A stretch of DNA of 64,000 bases from the NCBI GenBank assembly GCA_034780895.1, contig JAUZTB010000001.1, positions 92,416,100 to 92,480,099 of the forward strand, in the 5' to 3' direction. The DNA is from Rhynchobatus australiae. Lineage: Eukaryota. Positions 38,728 through 52,154 of this stretch are shown piece after piece (the stretch's first letter is position 1; each line of letters begins with the position of its first letter). The notes beneath the pieces were generated by a model. That model was not told the origin of the DNA, did not search any database, and was given only the letters and a program-made list of their open reading frames with translations. A program made the translations under genes and the position numbers.

Positions 38728-40729
38728 GTTGTTGTTACAAACTGGGATATGCCACCTGAAAGTTTGAAGGTTCAATGGCAGGGAACTCAATGGACACTTA
38801 ACATGGCACATTTTGGGGCTTTGGGTGCGTGGAACGAACTGTCAAAGAGTCAGCATCTGTAACAAAGAGCCACAACGCCTTCTCGCATGTTGTCAGATTT
38901 GTGAAGCTGATGCTCTGGCTCCAAGCTTAGCACCGGGTGCTTTAACATGAATGACTGAAGAAAAAGCCCTGATGCAAGAGGATAATAAAGCTCCACCCCT
39001 TTTGTTGAGTGTCCAGAGCCAAGTGGTGCACAGCACAGAACCTACAATGGACCTTGGACAGTGACAGATTGAAGGAATAACTTAAGAGTACCACACTGAG
39101 GGAACCTTACTGCTGTGAGCAAAATGAAACCTGAGGAATAACTGCAAGAAATGTGTCAGCCTCCAACACCTGCTCAAGGGAAACAAAGCTGTGCGCAGCA
39201 TTTTCTACATGCTTCGATTAAAGTTCCTTCCTTCCTAACTATATCATTGACTGCCAAGTGTGTTTTACAAGATCTGCCCTTTCAGCAGACTACTGGCACA
39301 CATGACAGATAAAAGGCACCATCCCCACTCACGTCCATTACCTCTCTACCAGTCATCCCCCTTGCACAGCAACCGGTGCTGTTAACAGTGTGAATTACTG
39401 CCCTATTCTCCTTGCTCCACTCTTTAGTGTTCTTTGCTTCCATCCAGAGCTTCTCTTGCCTTGGGTTCAGATTTCCGTTTCACTCCCGGTGCATGTAAAT
39501 GTTTAACGATGAGTCATTGCTGAACCAAACCCTTTTGTTCGGGGGTAACAGGAAGACCATCCTCATGTTGTGTTGATGGAGCTCTGAATGAATAGAACCA
39601 AGCTGGTCTGGGAAATGCTGGTTGTTTCTCGTGCTACTGCAGTAGGGTTGACATTACCGTTCTGAAATCCTACTGAGAGTTTTTTGCTTTGAAATCCACT
39701 GTCTGCTATCCATACCCCTCTGCCTTATGAACCTCTTGCCATGTAACAGATGTAGAATTAATCGCCCATGACAACAGCAGTTACATAGGTAGAAGTCTAT
39801 AAGAAGAAATTAAAAACAGAACTCTTCAACTCAGGAATTGCTGCCTGATTCTTATTAAATTCTGGTGCACTTAAAATTTCCCACTGGCATTTTTCGCAGT
39901 GGTGCTTTGAGTTGACATTTGAGAAAGGTTCAATGTTCAATCAGTAGCTTTGAGGCATGGTGGGCTTGGGGGATAGTGGGGACACATTGCAGGTAACTAC
40001 CATCCAGCGTGTTTTTTTTGGAGGAGCAAGGTTGGGGAAGTGGATGTGGTTGAGGGAGGCAGTCGTTCAGACATCATATCAGCCATGTGTCAAGCTACAT
40101 GTGAAACCACCTGTGTGAGAAATCTTTTTATGTATTCTATAGGTTTTAAATATAAATTACCCCATAACAAAAAATCCAATGTCAATTCAAACTGCACTGG
40201 AATGAGCAATGGCCCAGACTCTCTGCTAAGTACTCTGAATGGCTTATTTTGGGTTAACATCAACTACTATATTTTGGCTTGAAGTCCCAGTGCATACAAG
40301 CAAATACTGCCTTTATTTGTGCGTCACTATTATGTAAGTACAATTTTCCTACTCCAATAACCTACGATGAGCACTGAACACTTTTAAACACCCTTTCTAC
40401 CTGAAAGCCTATTGTTTAACTGGAGTACTGTCATCTTCATAGTTCTTCCTGTTGTTACCTCATCTGTGTAGGGGGCTTATCCAACTACAGAAGACATCAG
40501 TCCTCAGCTTGACACTCTCCTTACCTAATTGACACATGCCAGCACTTTTAACATGGTGAAATTGTTGATTTGCCCGTTCCCAGCACATCTTCCATTCTCA
40601 TGAGAATAGGAACAAGGACAGCTTCAAATGAAAACAACAGAGATTGGGGCTTAAGGATGGAACATCTTACTGAGGTTAACTTGGTGCAAACCCAGGTGGA
40701 TACCACTACCTGCCTATAATAAATTCATG

Positions 40730-40993
40730 CAGCAAAGTTCAAGGTGAAAGGGAGAAGGGTTAAAGGAGACCCAAGGGGTAAATTTTTCCACACAGAGTAG
40801 TTGGTATCTGGAATGAACTGCCGGAGGTGGTGGTGGAGGCAGGAACAGTAACAACATTTAAGAGATACCTGAATGAGCAAGGCATAGAGAGATACAGAAT
40901 TAATGCAGGCAAGTAGGATTGTTAGATAAGTATGATGGTCAGCATAGATGTGATGGGCTCAAGAGCCTGTTTCTATGCTGTACAACTCTATGA
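40730..40993 (+). mobile_element. CR1 LINE 3' end
   Basis: ttcaaggtgaaaggg...tggaatgaactgccggagg...acatttaagaga...gcctgtttctatgctgtacaactctatgac. Confidence 0.85.
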
Positions 40994-42159
40994 CAAAGAG
41001 TACTTTATGCAACTTTTAATACCATGTAGACTGAGAGGAGCCATNNNNNNNNNNTACCTTCTTACAGGAAAAGAAGAATTTAAGGAAAGATTTTAATGTC
41101 CATAATAGAAAATTTGCAATGAAAATACAAGAAAAAGAAAAACATTTTCAGAGAAGACAACAAGGAAAAATGAAAGAGCAACAAACAAAGTACCAAAGGA
41201 ACTCAAAAGGGTCAAGCAGTATCTGTAGATGGACGGGAATCGTTGATGTTTCGGATCACTGCCTTGAGAGGTTGGAGCAGCAAGCGAGAAAAAATACATT
41301 TACCTTCCACAATACTTCAAGACAGGACAACACCATCAGCCATGCAAATTCAAGTCTTACCCTCTCCCCTCTGCACCTGCACCCTGTCCTACAAGCAGAT
41401 TCTGTCCAAATGAACTGTTTACTTGACCAATGATCAACAGGTGTAAACTAATTACCCCAAATGCCTGTGCTCCTAAACCACAGGAAATATATTCAAATCC
41501 AACCATACCATTCAAGAATTCAAATTCTGTTTTATAAAATCCATCTGCAAAACAGTGCCATGAATAATAATGATCGCATGTTTGTCAAAGTGATGCTGAA
41601 AAAACAAAATCAGCTTGTTCAAATAATGTTGTTTGGGACACAATTTTTGATTTCCATTCAACATCCTTCAGGTAGTGGAAACCTGTCGTCGTTACCCAAT
41701 CTGATCTACAAAATGCGGAACAGTACAGTGGTTGCTAGAAATGCTAAACAGGTCAAGCAGCACCTCTGAAGAGAAAAACAGTCAATGATTTAGCAATATG
41801 ACATTTTATCAATCTGGCCAATGACTAACTCCAGTGTCACAATAATGTCTGAACACTGCACTTTTCTTATAAACTGAGAAACCCAGTCCTTTCTTCTCAT
41901 TACAGCTACTGGCAGGTAGTACATTTCAGCCCTGCAATTCAGGATTGATTTTAAAGAAAAGAGAAAGAAAATTATCATCAGAATGACACTACATTAAATA
42001 TCTGATTCTACCCCATTGCAAGCATCCTTAATCTTTCAAAAAGAAATTACACAGTGGGGTCTCTTTAAAACAGATGAAAAATGTTAGCAATGAGTCAGAG
42101 AACAGACTAACGTAATGAATCTCACCAATGCCTTCATGCTGGAACTCGACAGCCATGTA

Positions 42160-42675
42160 AAGGAATAGCAAACCACAACCATACAGTGCAATTCTGGTCA
42201 CCACACTATAGGAAGGACGTGGTAGCAATAGAGAGAGTGCAGAAGAGATTCACCAGGCTATTGCCTGGAATGAATGGATGGTTGTAGTCATAGGAAATTG
42301 TATCAGCTGGGTTCTCACTGGAAAGTCAGAGGCCCGAGGGATGGCTTATAAAATTATGAGGCGCATCGATAGGATAGAATCCTTTTTCTCCCCAGGGCAG
42401 GGGACTCTAGAACTGGAGGGCACTAGTCTTAAGGTGAGAAATTTAAAAGGAGAATCAAGGGGTAAATTTTTCACAGTGTAGTGGGAAAAAGATGCCAGAG
42501 GAAGCAGATACAATTACAATGCTTTAAAAGGCATATGGACAGGTGTAGATGGGAAAAGCATAGACGGATACAGGCCTAATGCAGGTAAATGGGATTAGCG
42601 TTGATAGGCTTCATGGTCAGCATGGATGAGATGGGCGGAAAGGGCCCATTTCTATTCTGTACAATTCTATGATTC
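42160..42675 (+). mobile_element. CR1 LINE 3' fragment
   Basis: gtgcaattctggtcaccacactataggaagga...gagagtgcagaagagattcaccagg (QFWSPHYRKD...ERVQKRFTR); aattctatgatt tail. Confidence 0.85.
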
Positions 42676-43729
42676 ACAACCATAGAGCATTTCAATGATA
42701 AACACCTGCATTTATACATTTTTGACTTTAGAAAAAGCACAGAAATACTTCACTAGGGTACAAGGAGAAAAGTAACAGAAAGCCAGATGAGCAGAGAGTC
42801 AGAATGATGTTCAAAAGCAAGAGTCACAATAGCTGGTTCAAAGAGGGAGAGAAGTTTGAGAGGCAATTCTTAAGCATCAAACCTAGGGAGTTGATGCATG
42901 ACTATCTATGGCAGTGTAAAAGAAGAGGGGTTGGGGAAGATCAGAAGAGGCTAGCATCGAAGGAAAGGAGAAGTGGGGATAGGAGGAGGTGTGGGTCGAC
43001 AAGGGTGGGATGGAAAGGGTGTCACAATCCACCACACCAATTTGTGAACAGCATCCAATGTGTGACAGTAGCCAATGTGTCAGGGCAGAGTCAGAGGTGA
43101 AGGCTTCAGTCTTCCTAACGTACAGCTGATATTCAGCTTAGCCAAGGCTAGATGTATTCTCAACCAATTTGTTTTTTTTTTGTGGAGGTGCAGAAGGGGA
43201 AAGGAGGAACAGATGAAATGCCCTCAAAAAGGAAAAGGAAATTCAGTATCTTGTATCACAAGAGCCACAAAATAATCAACCACTCTTGCTAAGCCACACT
43301 GTTATTTACAATTCCATATTGCAATCTTGGGAATTGTGTCAAAACATTTCATAGTCTCAGCTGAAGTTCAAAGTTGCTGCAATTTTTTTTGTAGTTTCCT
43401 TGAACTTGAAAGACATCTCTTCAGGAAATGCCTCCCACAAGCGAGCTGAAAATGCAATTTGCACCATCAAGTGAGTGTTTAATTGCCTGGCCGTGCTCAA
43501 TACTTCAAAAGGTCAGCAATTTTTCAATGCAATCACTTCTNNNNNNNNNNGGTGAATCTCCCAGTTCAGATGCAGCTGCACCAATCACCCATGATTATTT
43601 TTCCACAGTCTCGGGTAAACAAACAGAAAGCATCCAATTCTCACTTGATATTCTTGGAAATTGGACAGTGAAATGTTAATGCGAAAATCATGTTAAGGTA
43701 CTCACTTGCTGTGCAAAACCAAATTCAAA

Positions 43730-44010
43730 CATTTATACTGAACTTTTAAAAACATAATTCACAACAAATAAACTAACTTTGGAGGGAATGCATTGTTGTA
43801 ATTTGGACAAATACAGCAATCAACGATGGGATGAGATAAATGGGAATGGTCCTGCTTCCGAAAAAAACGTTCCCATGATATAGGGAGGACTCCCCTACTT
43901 CTCTTCATGTATTGCGATGGAGTTTGCTACATTATTGAAACAGGCAGCTTGGGCTCAGGTCTCACATCTCACCCAAAAGAAAAGAGTAGCATTCCCTCAG
44001 TACTGTATTT
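43730..44010 (-). mobile_element. DeuSINE remnant
   Basis: ggactcccctacttctcttc...ctcaggtctcacatctcacccaaaaga...gtagcattccctcagtactg resembles the reverse complement of the Deu domain. Confidence 0.5.
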
Positions 44011-44109
44011 CACTGAGAAAATAACAACACGTCCTCACATAACATCTTATAATGATGGGTTTGGGATTTCTGATACTAGTTGTCAAGGCACCGGGTTGAG
44101 AGTGATGTG

Positions 44110-44198
44110 CCAGTGATGCTGCTGCAAGTAAGTTTTTCACTGCACCTGTACAATACATGTACTTGTGCATAAGAAAATAAACTTCACTTTGACTTTGA
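44110..44198 (+). mobile_element. Rex1/Babar-like 3' tail
   Basis: gatgctgctgcaagtaagtttttcactgcac...aataaacttcactttgactttga (short-repeat tail after AATAAA). Confidence 0.55.
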
Positions 44199-45267
44199 TG
44201 TAGTCCTGGATGCTCCCAGATTTAAGCCCATTCCACTTTGCCAGCTAATCTCAATCATGGAAGCTAGAGAGCTCCTACAGATGGCCACCATGCACCCAGT
44301 TTGGAGAAGAGTAATCTCCTTTCAGTTCCTACAATGCAATCCTTCCCGCTTCCTGTCTACCAGATGAGGACAAGATTAAACTCAGCTGTGATACTCACCA
44401 CTAACTAATCAACTGTGACATTCACCATTACAGCCTGCACATGATTAGCTACTTGAGAAAGTGCCAAGTTACCAATACCTTTTGAACAATAATTAACATC
44501 TGCAGGAAAATTAGCAGAAAATGTATCCTAAATGGTCAATGATCAGTTTGTCTCTGAAAATCAGAAATCTCAATCTTAGCACCATCGAAAAATCCCCAGT
44601 GTCCTCTAAACCACTGATATTTTTTTTCAGTAATTTGAACATTTATCTGAGACAAGGTAGAATTTGCTTGAGGGGAAGTTATTTCAAACAGTATTTCATT
44701 TTAAACTCTATTTTTGTCTGTAGTTACAAGTGCGATCTGTTTTCACATTCTCAACATCTTCAGCATTCTATAATTAACAGTATCCATCCAGTTAGATGTC
44801 ACTCTCCAAAACCTATCAGCAGTCATCCTTTACTGTCTATACAGTGCTTCTTTGAGGTGAATCATGTACAGAATAAATACAAATGCAAGTGCAAGATCTT
44901 ACCATGTGGTTTACTAGGCATATGCGGCACCCACGAAGCACTGTGCAGGTCTGGAAAGCCCCAGTTTCGATCCCCTACTTGTGCTGAGTTAACTGATCTC
45001 AGAGATGACTCTGCAGTCAGGCTCAGCATCACTGGATTGGTGGGTGGAGGCGGAAAAAAGGAAAAGGGAAAAACCTGGAATTCTGTCTCGGTCTGATGTT
45101 TGCCCAGGTTTGAAACACAGAAGGCAGCCAGCATCTCTGGAGCCGCATCACAAATCACAATGTTCTGGAGAGGGGAGATAACTTTGGGGGGTGGGGGGGG
45201 GAGTACAACTGTACTTAAAGATGAGGAAAAGAACTGCCCACTATTTTACAGTCAAAGTGACAAAGTT

Positions 45268-45592
45268 GTACAGCACAGAAATAGTCATGACGGCCCACCA
45301 AATCCATGCTGACCTAAACACCTATTTACACTACTCCCATTTTATTTCTCCCCACATTCCCATCAGCTCTGGGAATTTTTTAAATCACTCACCAATGCAC
45401 CAGTCACAATTTACAGTACACGATTAACCTACCAACCTGAACATCTTTGGAACATAGGTGGTTATCAGAGCACCCAGAAGAAAGCCACATGGTCACAGGC
45501 GCAATCTCCACATGGACGGCCTCAGAAGTCAGGATTGAACCCAGATGGCAGGAGCTGAGAGGCAGCAGCTCTACTTGCGGCACCACTGTACC
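45268..45592 (-). mobile_element. Full-length V-SINE (HE1-like)
   Basis: caatttacagt...attaacctaccaacct...gagcacccagaagaaagccac...aggattgaacccag...gctgagaggcagcagctctact...caccactgtacc. Confidence 0.8.
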
Positions 45593-48184
45593 AGCCTTAG
45601 CTCCCTCACACTGCAAGTGATGCAAGCTTTGCTGGACTGAAAACCTTGCACTTGTTAGCAACAACTTTCAGATGATCAAAGAGACTGTAGTGCAGAAGCA
45701 ACCCTTTGAAATGCTGAAGTGCCCTTCCACTGACAAACGTAGAAAAACTGAAAAGGCTATGCAGTGCTGTTGCTAATGCCATTTCCTGGCACAAATTTAC
45801 AAGTTGCATCATGATTCGCAAATTGTATTTTCAGCAGCTCAATACTTTCACAATTCTAGGGGAATCCCTTCGCTTTCTAACCTTTTGAGGACAATCAATT
45901 GTACCAAGCCAACAGTTCACAAGGAATCCTGGATGAAAGATTCACTGACCCACATGTTACTGGAATCAAGGATCTCACTCAACCATGGCTGCACAATTGA
46001 GGGGGGGGGGGGAAAGATGGGAGGAANNNNNNNNNNNNNNNNNNNNNNNNNNNNNNNNNNNNNNNNNNNNNNNNNNNNNNNNNNNNNNNNNNNNNNNNNN
46101 NNNNNNNNNNNNNNNNNNNNNNNNNNTAAAGCTTGGTGTATAGCATTAACAATTTAAGTCTTTATGCGGAACTGGGATAAAACTTCAAAGCCATTCAGTC
46201 TTGTGATCTTCATTTCTCCCCCCCCCCCCCCCCCAAAAAGCTCTCGCACGCACATCAATAACTGGCACAAATTATATGATAGTATATTTATACTTCTAGA
46301 AGTTGCAATCTCCTGCATTTAAAACTGTATTTTTATTGTTTTTGCTGATATCAGGCAAGTTGACTTTAAGAGTGTTATGGTGTTAAGTTTAGCTTTTATA
46401 AGGGCTAGGAAGGAAGGGGACAGTTGGTCACAGGTCATCTGTTATCCAATGACTTCATCTGGAAAATGAGCATGTGGATGTAGGGTGACATAAGGGTAGA
46501 TTTGTTTATGTTGTTCCCTTTGTTTTGCTGGGCTTCTGATAATCTTGGTGTCATTATTTATTAGCCATCAGGTAATAATGAAGCTTCGCTGTGTTTGGAG
46601 CATTAGCCTTTGGGGAAATCAGAAAAGAGAGGAAGAAATTTTAAAGCATAAGACAATTTTTTTTCAAAATATAGACACTTGGGCTGTGTAGCTATGAGGT
46701 TTTACTGTGTTACTACATTATGTATATTGTATTTTTATTAGTTTTAATTTAAAAAGAATTGCATGTGCATAATATCAGCATACTTTACAGTTAAAAGCTG
46801 CTTTGAAAGGATGTTGAGGCAAACTGTTTTAAATATCTTTTTTATGGATACAGTTTGTATTCTCAGTGGCCACTATCGGTATTTGTATTAAACTTATAAT
46901 GATCAGTGCATAATTTTTCATCACATGCCCACTCCACCTGGGTCCAATGTAGTTGGTGCTGACAAAAGGTTTGCTTTTACAAAAGAAATGCTGGGATTTC
47001 ATGAGGTTGTGATTAATGGAGAAATATTTCAGTATGTATTAATGTTGTATTTCTGAAAAAGCAAGGAGTTACCAAGATGTAAATTGACAAAATTTTCTTC
47101 TACAGTAGAAAACTAGTAGAACAGCTACTATAAATTCATCTTTTTTTTTGTTTTGATTCCCTCTGTATCCCTGTTTTTGTCACCCATTAATTCTACGCAG
47201 ACAGTCGACACTAGTACATAGCTGGTGAATTTTCTTTTACTGTGTATCATGAAGTCTCTGAAAATGATTTGGATACAAATTAATTTTTTCCCTTATTTGT
47301 TGAAACAAGTAGCCCTTTTAGTGAAGTCTGTGGTCCCTTATTAGAGTAGCAGAAATAGGCAACTAACAATATAGAGAATTGTGGGACAAATTCGTGATCT
47401 TTTTCTATCTGCAGTTATTCACCCCAAACTATCAAGTGCTCCAGTTTCATATTATGGGATTTGTCCATGTCAAACTTAAATTCTTGCACGTGTCTGCTAC
47501 TATGGAAGAGTGCCATTAATGAACTAATTAATGGAATAATGTTTAAACAGACCTTTACCTTAAGAGAAATGTGATCATAAAGAAATAGTTACAGAAATTC
47601 AAGCTAATTCTAGGTTTGTTTGGATTTGTAAAATGTAGTCCTTGAAAGGTGGCCTTGAACAAAGTTCTCTTCACTTTCTCACATGTGAATTGAATCATAT
47701 CAGTGGAAATAACTCCAACAATAACCTCCACCTCCCCCCCCCACCCCCATAGCACCAAACATGTAACTTTTCTATATTACTGACCATAATTTGGCATTTA
47801 CAGTCAGTATAAGGTTCTAGTTTTGTGGTTGTTCCTGTATTAATGAAGTAGTACAAAGTTCTTGATGGCGTAGTTGCTGTATTGTAGTGTCTTGTGTGTA
47901 AGTTAAATGGATTTATTCTGGGGAAGCAGTATAGAACCTACCATTGATTACTGTATCCCTGGATTAGAGAGGCAAAACATTCTTACTCTGGAATTGGCAG
48001 AGACCCGTACTGGAAAGTATTTGGTTATAGACATTGGCTGCTCACAGAATCAAGCTTAGACCTAATGCCTCTCAGGATCAAAAAGCCTATCGATACTCAC
48101 ACAAAGAAGAAATGTCACTTGGATGAGAAAGTGGAACTGTATTATGGCAAATGGTATTATTACAAAAATAAATAAATTTATAGA

Positions 48185-48268
48185 TTTTTATGTCATTGCA
48201 CTGTACTGCTGCAGCAAAACAACACATTTTGCATCATACGTCAGTGATGATAAATCTGATTCTAATTC
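48185..48268 (+). mobile_element. Rex1/Babar 3' tail
   Basis: gcactgtactgctgcagcaaaacaac...gtcagtgatgataaatctgattct, nearly the same as 4455-4527. Confidence 0.75.
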
Positions 48269-48497
48269 AAATAGAGAAGGTTAGAAGGGTGGGCAGGGAA
48301 GCAAGAGAGGGAAATGACTTATTTTCAAAAACCTGAACTGAGTCTATAAATTAAAGCAGTTTCATTCCTGCTAAATAAGTAAGTTGTTTTTTTTGAGAAC
48401 TTCTAGTTAAAAATGTTGACTTCTGGCTGAATTACTAATTGCAATGAGTAGTTCCCTGACAGTAATGGTTGTCATTGCTTAATTTCATAATTAAGTT

Positions 48498-48783
48498 AGG
48501 GGTGGCACGGAGGTTAGTACTATCCCATTGACCTGGGCACAATTGTGACCTTGGGTGCTGAGTGTGTGGATTTTGCATGCTATGCTTGGGTTTCCCCTGG
48601 GTGCTCCAATTTCTTCTCAGATCTGGTTGGTTAATTGAGTACTGCAAATTTGCCCTTGTGCAAGTGGATGGCAGGAGAATTGGCTAGTGTAGGGAGAAGA
48701 GGAAGAAAAATGGGGTTAGCATTGATTGGTGCTTGATAGTTGGCATGGGCATGGTGGGCCAGAAGGCCTTTTTCTGTGACTCA
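48498..48783 (+). mobile_element. V-SINE (HE1-like), decayed
   Basis: ggggtggcacgg head; tgtgtggattttgcatg; gggtttcccctgggtgctcc; gggcatggtgggccagaaggcct tail. Confidence 0.7.
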
Positions 48784-50146
48784 ATATTTTGGAAAAGGTG
48801 TGCTATATTATTTGGGTACCTGTGCCCAAAACAATCAGCTGTTGGGAAATGGATCAATTTTTCAATGAATGTAAAAAGTTGGGTAGGCAAGTTTGGATCT
48901 TTTATAGCAATGAGTATGGCTATTAATAGATGAGGGAATTATTAAAATGGAACAGAGGTGATAGTTTTAAAGTACAATTCCTATACATTTTCTTAAAAAT
49001 GCAGTAAACATTTGACAGCAGTGTCCAGTGATACAATCTCTTTAGTTTCTGAATATGCTTGTGTTTCAATTTCATGAATTACAAACGTGAAACACCTGTA
49101 GAAATGTATTTTGTAATTAAGCCAAAGATTTTTAAAAGTACTTTTCTCAGTTGGTTTATATTTAAATGTACATATCTTTTTAAAAAAAAACTTGCTGAAG
49201 ATTTTGGGTTTCTGCAATTCCTATCACATCTTTTGAATTAATTTCCTTTTGAAACCACTTTATTCAATACAGGTAATTTATTTATTGGCCATTTCATTAG
49301 GAAGCAGGCTTGGCAAAATAGCAAACTTAGCTGTTGATTTTTTTTTTGTAATGAGCATATTGTTTGAGAACAAATACTTGGAGTTGGTAGTTAAACGTGG
49401 GTTCAAATTGCTAACTTCCTGCAATGCCAATTTTTATCTTAGCCGGGTTGGTTGGTGGGGTTTGGGGAGGTCCTAAAACCATAGAAAATTTAAGATTCAG
49501 AAGAAGGCCATTCAGCCCATTTGTCCATGCCAAGTGGTGTGGAGTTGATCAACTTGTTGCTATGTCTGTCTTAATGACCAGCTGCTAAGCTGTACTCCAG
49601 GTATAATGGGCATGGCACATCAGCATTCAATTTATCAGAAATCCTACAAAGCTGACAAAAACTAAATATTTTAAGCCAGTCATATTAGTATAGCAGGTGT
49701 TCCTCCTGCCATATTTGAATTTGGAAGGATAGGTCTTTGATTCTGCCTGATTTATTTTGGCCCTGTTCTTTGGAATTGCATATAAAGCTAAAGTAGGGCA
49801 CTTGGTCACCAGGAAGAGGAGATCAGAAGCTGTGTCATCTCAAGTAGTTGTGCATCTTCTAAAGGCCACCTGTGGAGTGGCTGTGGTTATGACCCTTGAT
49901 TTAGTTATCTTTGGAGTAATAAAGTAATTCAAGATTCAGCTAATTTCACAACAGCCCTAATTATAAATTGAATTTCTATTTTGAAGCTTTTTTCCTTTGC
50001 TGAAAGAGTAATTGACTTAATCAACTTTATTCTACTTCACCATAATCTGTGAAATTGTTGAGAACACTGAGTTGTCAGTGCAGAAAACTAGACTTTTTAA
50101 TTTTTAATGCTTTAGCCTTAACTTCTTTTCCTCCTCATTGCCACAG

Positions 50147-51358
50147 GTCAACGATCTCCAGAAACCTCGAACGGGTGAAAATTACCTTCCCCTGGGACCG
50201 TCTGTAACCCCAAATAGTAGCACCCCTTTTTCTCATGATACTGCTTATTCCAGTTGTCGCCAAGATACACCAAATTCATACAGCCAGTATACCCCGCAGT
50301 CATCCCAAAGCACACCACATACTCCACGGTTGGGAACCCCCTACTCGCAGGATTCCAGCTATTCCAGTCGGCAGAGTACACCAGCTTATTCTTACTCGCA
50401 AGAATCTGGGTACAAGTCTAGAAGACCGGAGTCTAATTATCAAGATTCCTTCAGGAGATTGGGACACCATTACTCACATAACACTGGAACATATAGAGGT
50501 CCTGAGCTTCCAGTTAACACTTACAAGTCAGCTCGCTCAGAGGGTGGATCCTATTCACATAACCCTTCGGTGAGCCAGTCTGGGACAAACTACCATTCAG
50601 CCTTTTCTCCCTACCAAAATGTGCACTCTGCCCAACCGTTGTATTCTCGTACTTTGGATCAACAACATGGTCAGGCATCCAGAGACCATGATTACAGAAG
50701 ACCTGTGCTACCATCTGATGCCTTTGGGCACAATAATGCCAATTTGGACATTGGGCCTGCAAAGGAAAAAGTGGAAGATCCAGTTCCTTTGGAGACCAGC
50801 ATCTCAAATGATCAAACGTCTGCTTCCTTCACCAAATCTCCTGAAAGGGCTGTGACTCCTGAAAGCATAATACCTGAAACAGCTAGTAGTTCAACTCAAC
50901 CAAACAGTTTGGATTCTCGTATTGAGATGCTTTTGAAGGAGCAGCGAACAAAGCTTCCTTTCTTTGACCAAGAATCTGATATCGACATCAAAATGGAGCA
51001 CAGTCCCATATCTTCCTCCTCTTCCCAACTTTCTCCATTACCACTTCCTGGGTCAAACACTCATTTGCTTCAGCGAGGTCCTACTCCATCCTCTCGCCCT
51101 TCCAGTACAGGCCTGGAGGATGTAAGTCCAACTCCTCTTCCAGACTCGGATGATGAGGATCCTATTTTTGAAACTGTTCAACAGAACCAAAGCTCAAGGT
51201 CAGCATCAGAAGCCAGTATGACACCTGTTGATCAGTCCAGTCAGATGAGTAGGTTTTCCACATCTTCGGATAGTAGGACTCCTGCAGTTAAAGCAGAGAG
51301 CTGCGAAACAAATAAAGAAGCTGTGGAACCTGTACCTGCTCCAGATGCCCTGGAAGAA
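50147..51358 (+). CDS. SETD1B: Large internal exon of histone H3K4 methyltransferase SETD1B (404 codons, phase 0-0), orphan in this window
   Basis: Uninterrupted ORF with SETD1B-type motifs SVTPNSSTPFSHDTAYSSCRQDTPNSY, TPRLGTPYSQDSSYSSRQ, SLDSRIEMLLKEQRTKL, SPISSSSSQLSPL and SSRPSSTGLEDVSPTPLPDSD. Acceptor cttcttttcctcctcattgccacag| at 50146; donor GAA|gtaagt at 51359; length 1212 = 3 x 404. Confidence 0.9.
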
Positions 51359-52154
51359 GTAAGTAAACCAATTTGTTGCCTAAGTTTGCTTTGTGTTTTA
51401 GAACAATGTATAGCTTAACAGAGATGGTGTTATGTTGTATAGGATTCCTGATTGTTTTGTGAGGTGTTTTTGAACTTAATCCTAATTTTGTTCTTTATGT
51501 TGATTTATGCCCTAAATGGAACATTTTACAGTAACTATGCTCTATATTATTGAGGATTTTCTGTTTCTCTTGTTTTCTAAATATATTTTATAGTGGCAAC
51601 TGCCTTAGCCAAAGGGAAAAGGATTTGCTAATCCTAGAAATCCTAGTCAAATGTCTTACAGCAGACATTGGCATTGCTTTTCAATGAGTTCAGTCTGTGG
51701 CATAATTTGCCTGGAGTTCTACTAAATTGCTGCCGTTCAGTTTGAAAGTGAGGGGGGGGGGGAAAGATGGGAGGAAGGATCATTGCAAGATAGAAGCCAT
51801 AGCTCTGGAAGAGAAGGCAACAAAAGGAACGAGTGAACTGACCAAAGAGGAAATATTAATTTGACATTTTACCTTCGCACTTTTACAGCATCTGAGCCCA
51901 CCTCCAGATATGCCAGTGTGAGTGACAAGATGAGAAAGGAGAAGATCAAGCCCCACTGATTAATTCGATGAACGTTTGTCCAAGACAGCTACCATCAAAG
52001 ACTTAGATCTCCACCCATCATCTTTGCATACATGGGTAATATCTCCCACTATCCATGCAAGAAAGCACCATTCTAAACTCAGGCACAGCAGCAGGTAACT
52101 GCTCAGCAAATAAAATTGTTACTGATCCAAGGCCTGTTATTCAGTCTGTGCTCA

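Noticed and set aside
44521-45096. 191-aa ORF
   Set aside because: No recognisable domain or splice context; AT-rich, and the 3' part overlaps a SINE-like sequence.
46127-50146. Search for the preceding SETD1B exon
   Set aside because: No matching peptide found by eye; a short exon could be missed without TBLASTN.
50138-51418. 426-aa ORF as a standalone single-exon gene or retrocopy
   Set aside because: Begins at TTG within a polypyrimidine tract, and homology is bounded by AG and GT splice sites; the tail VSKPICCL... is intron read-through.
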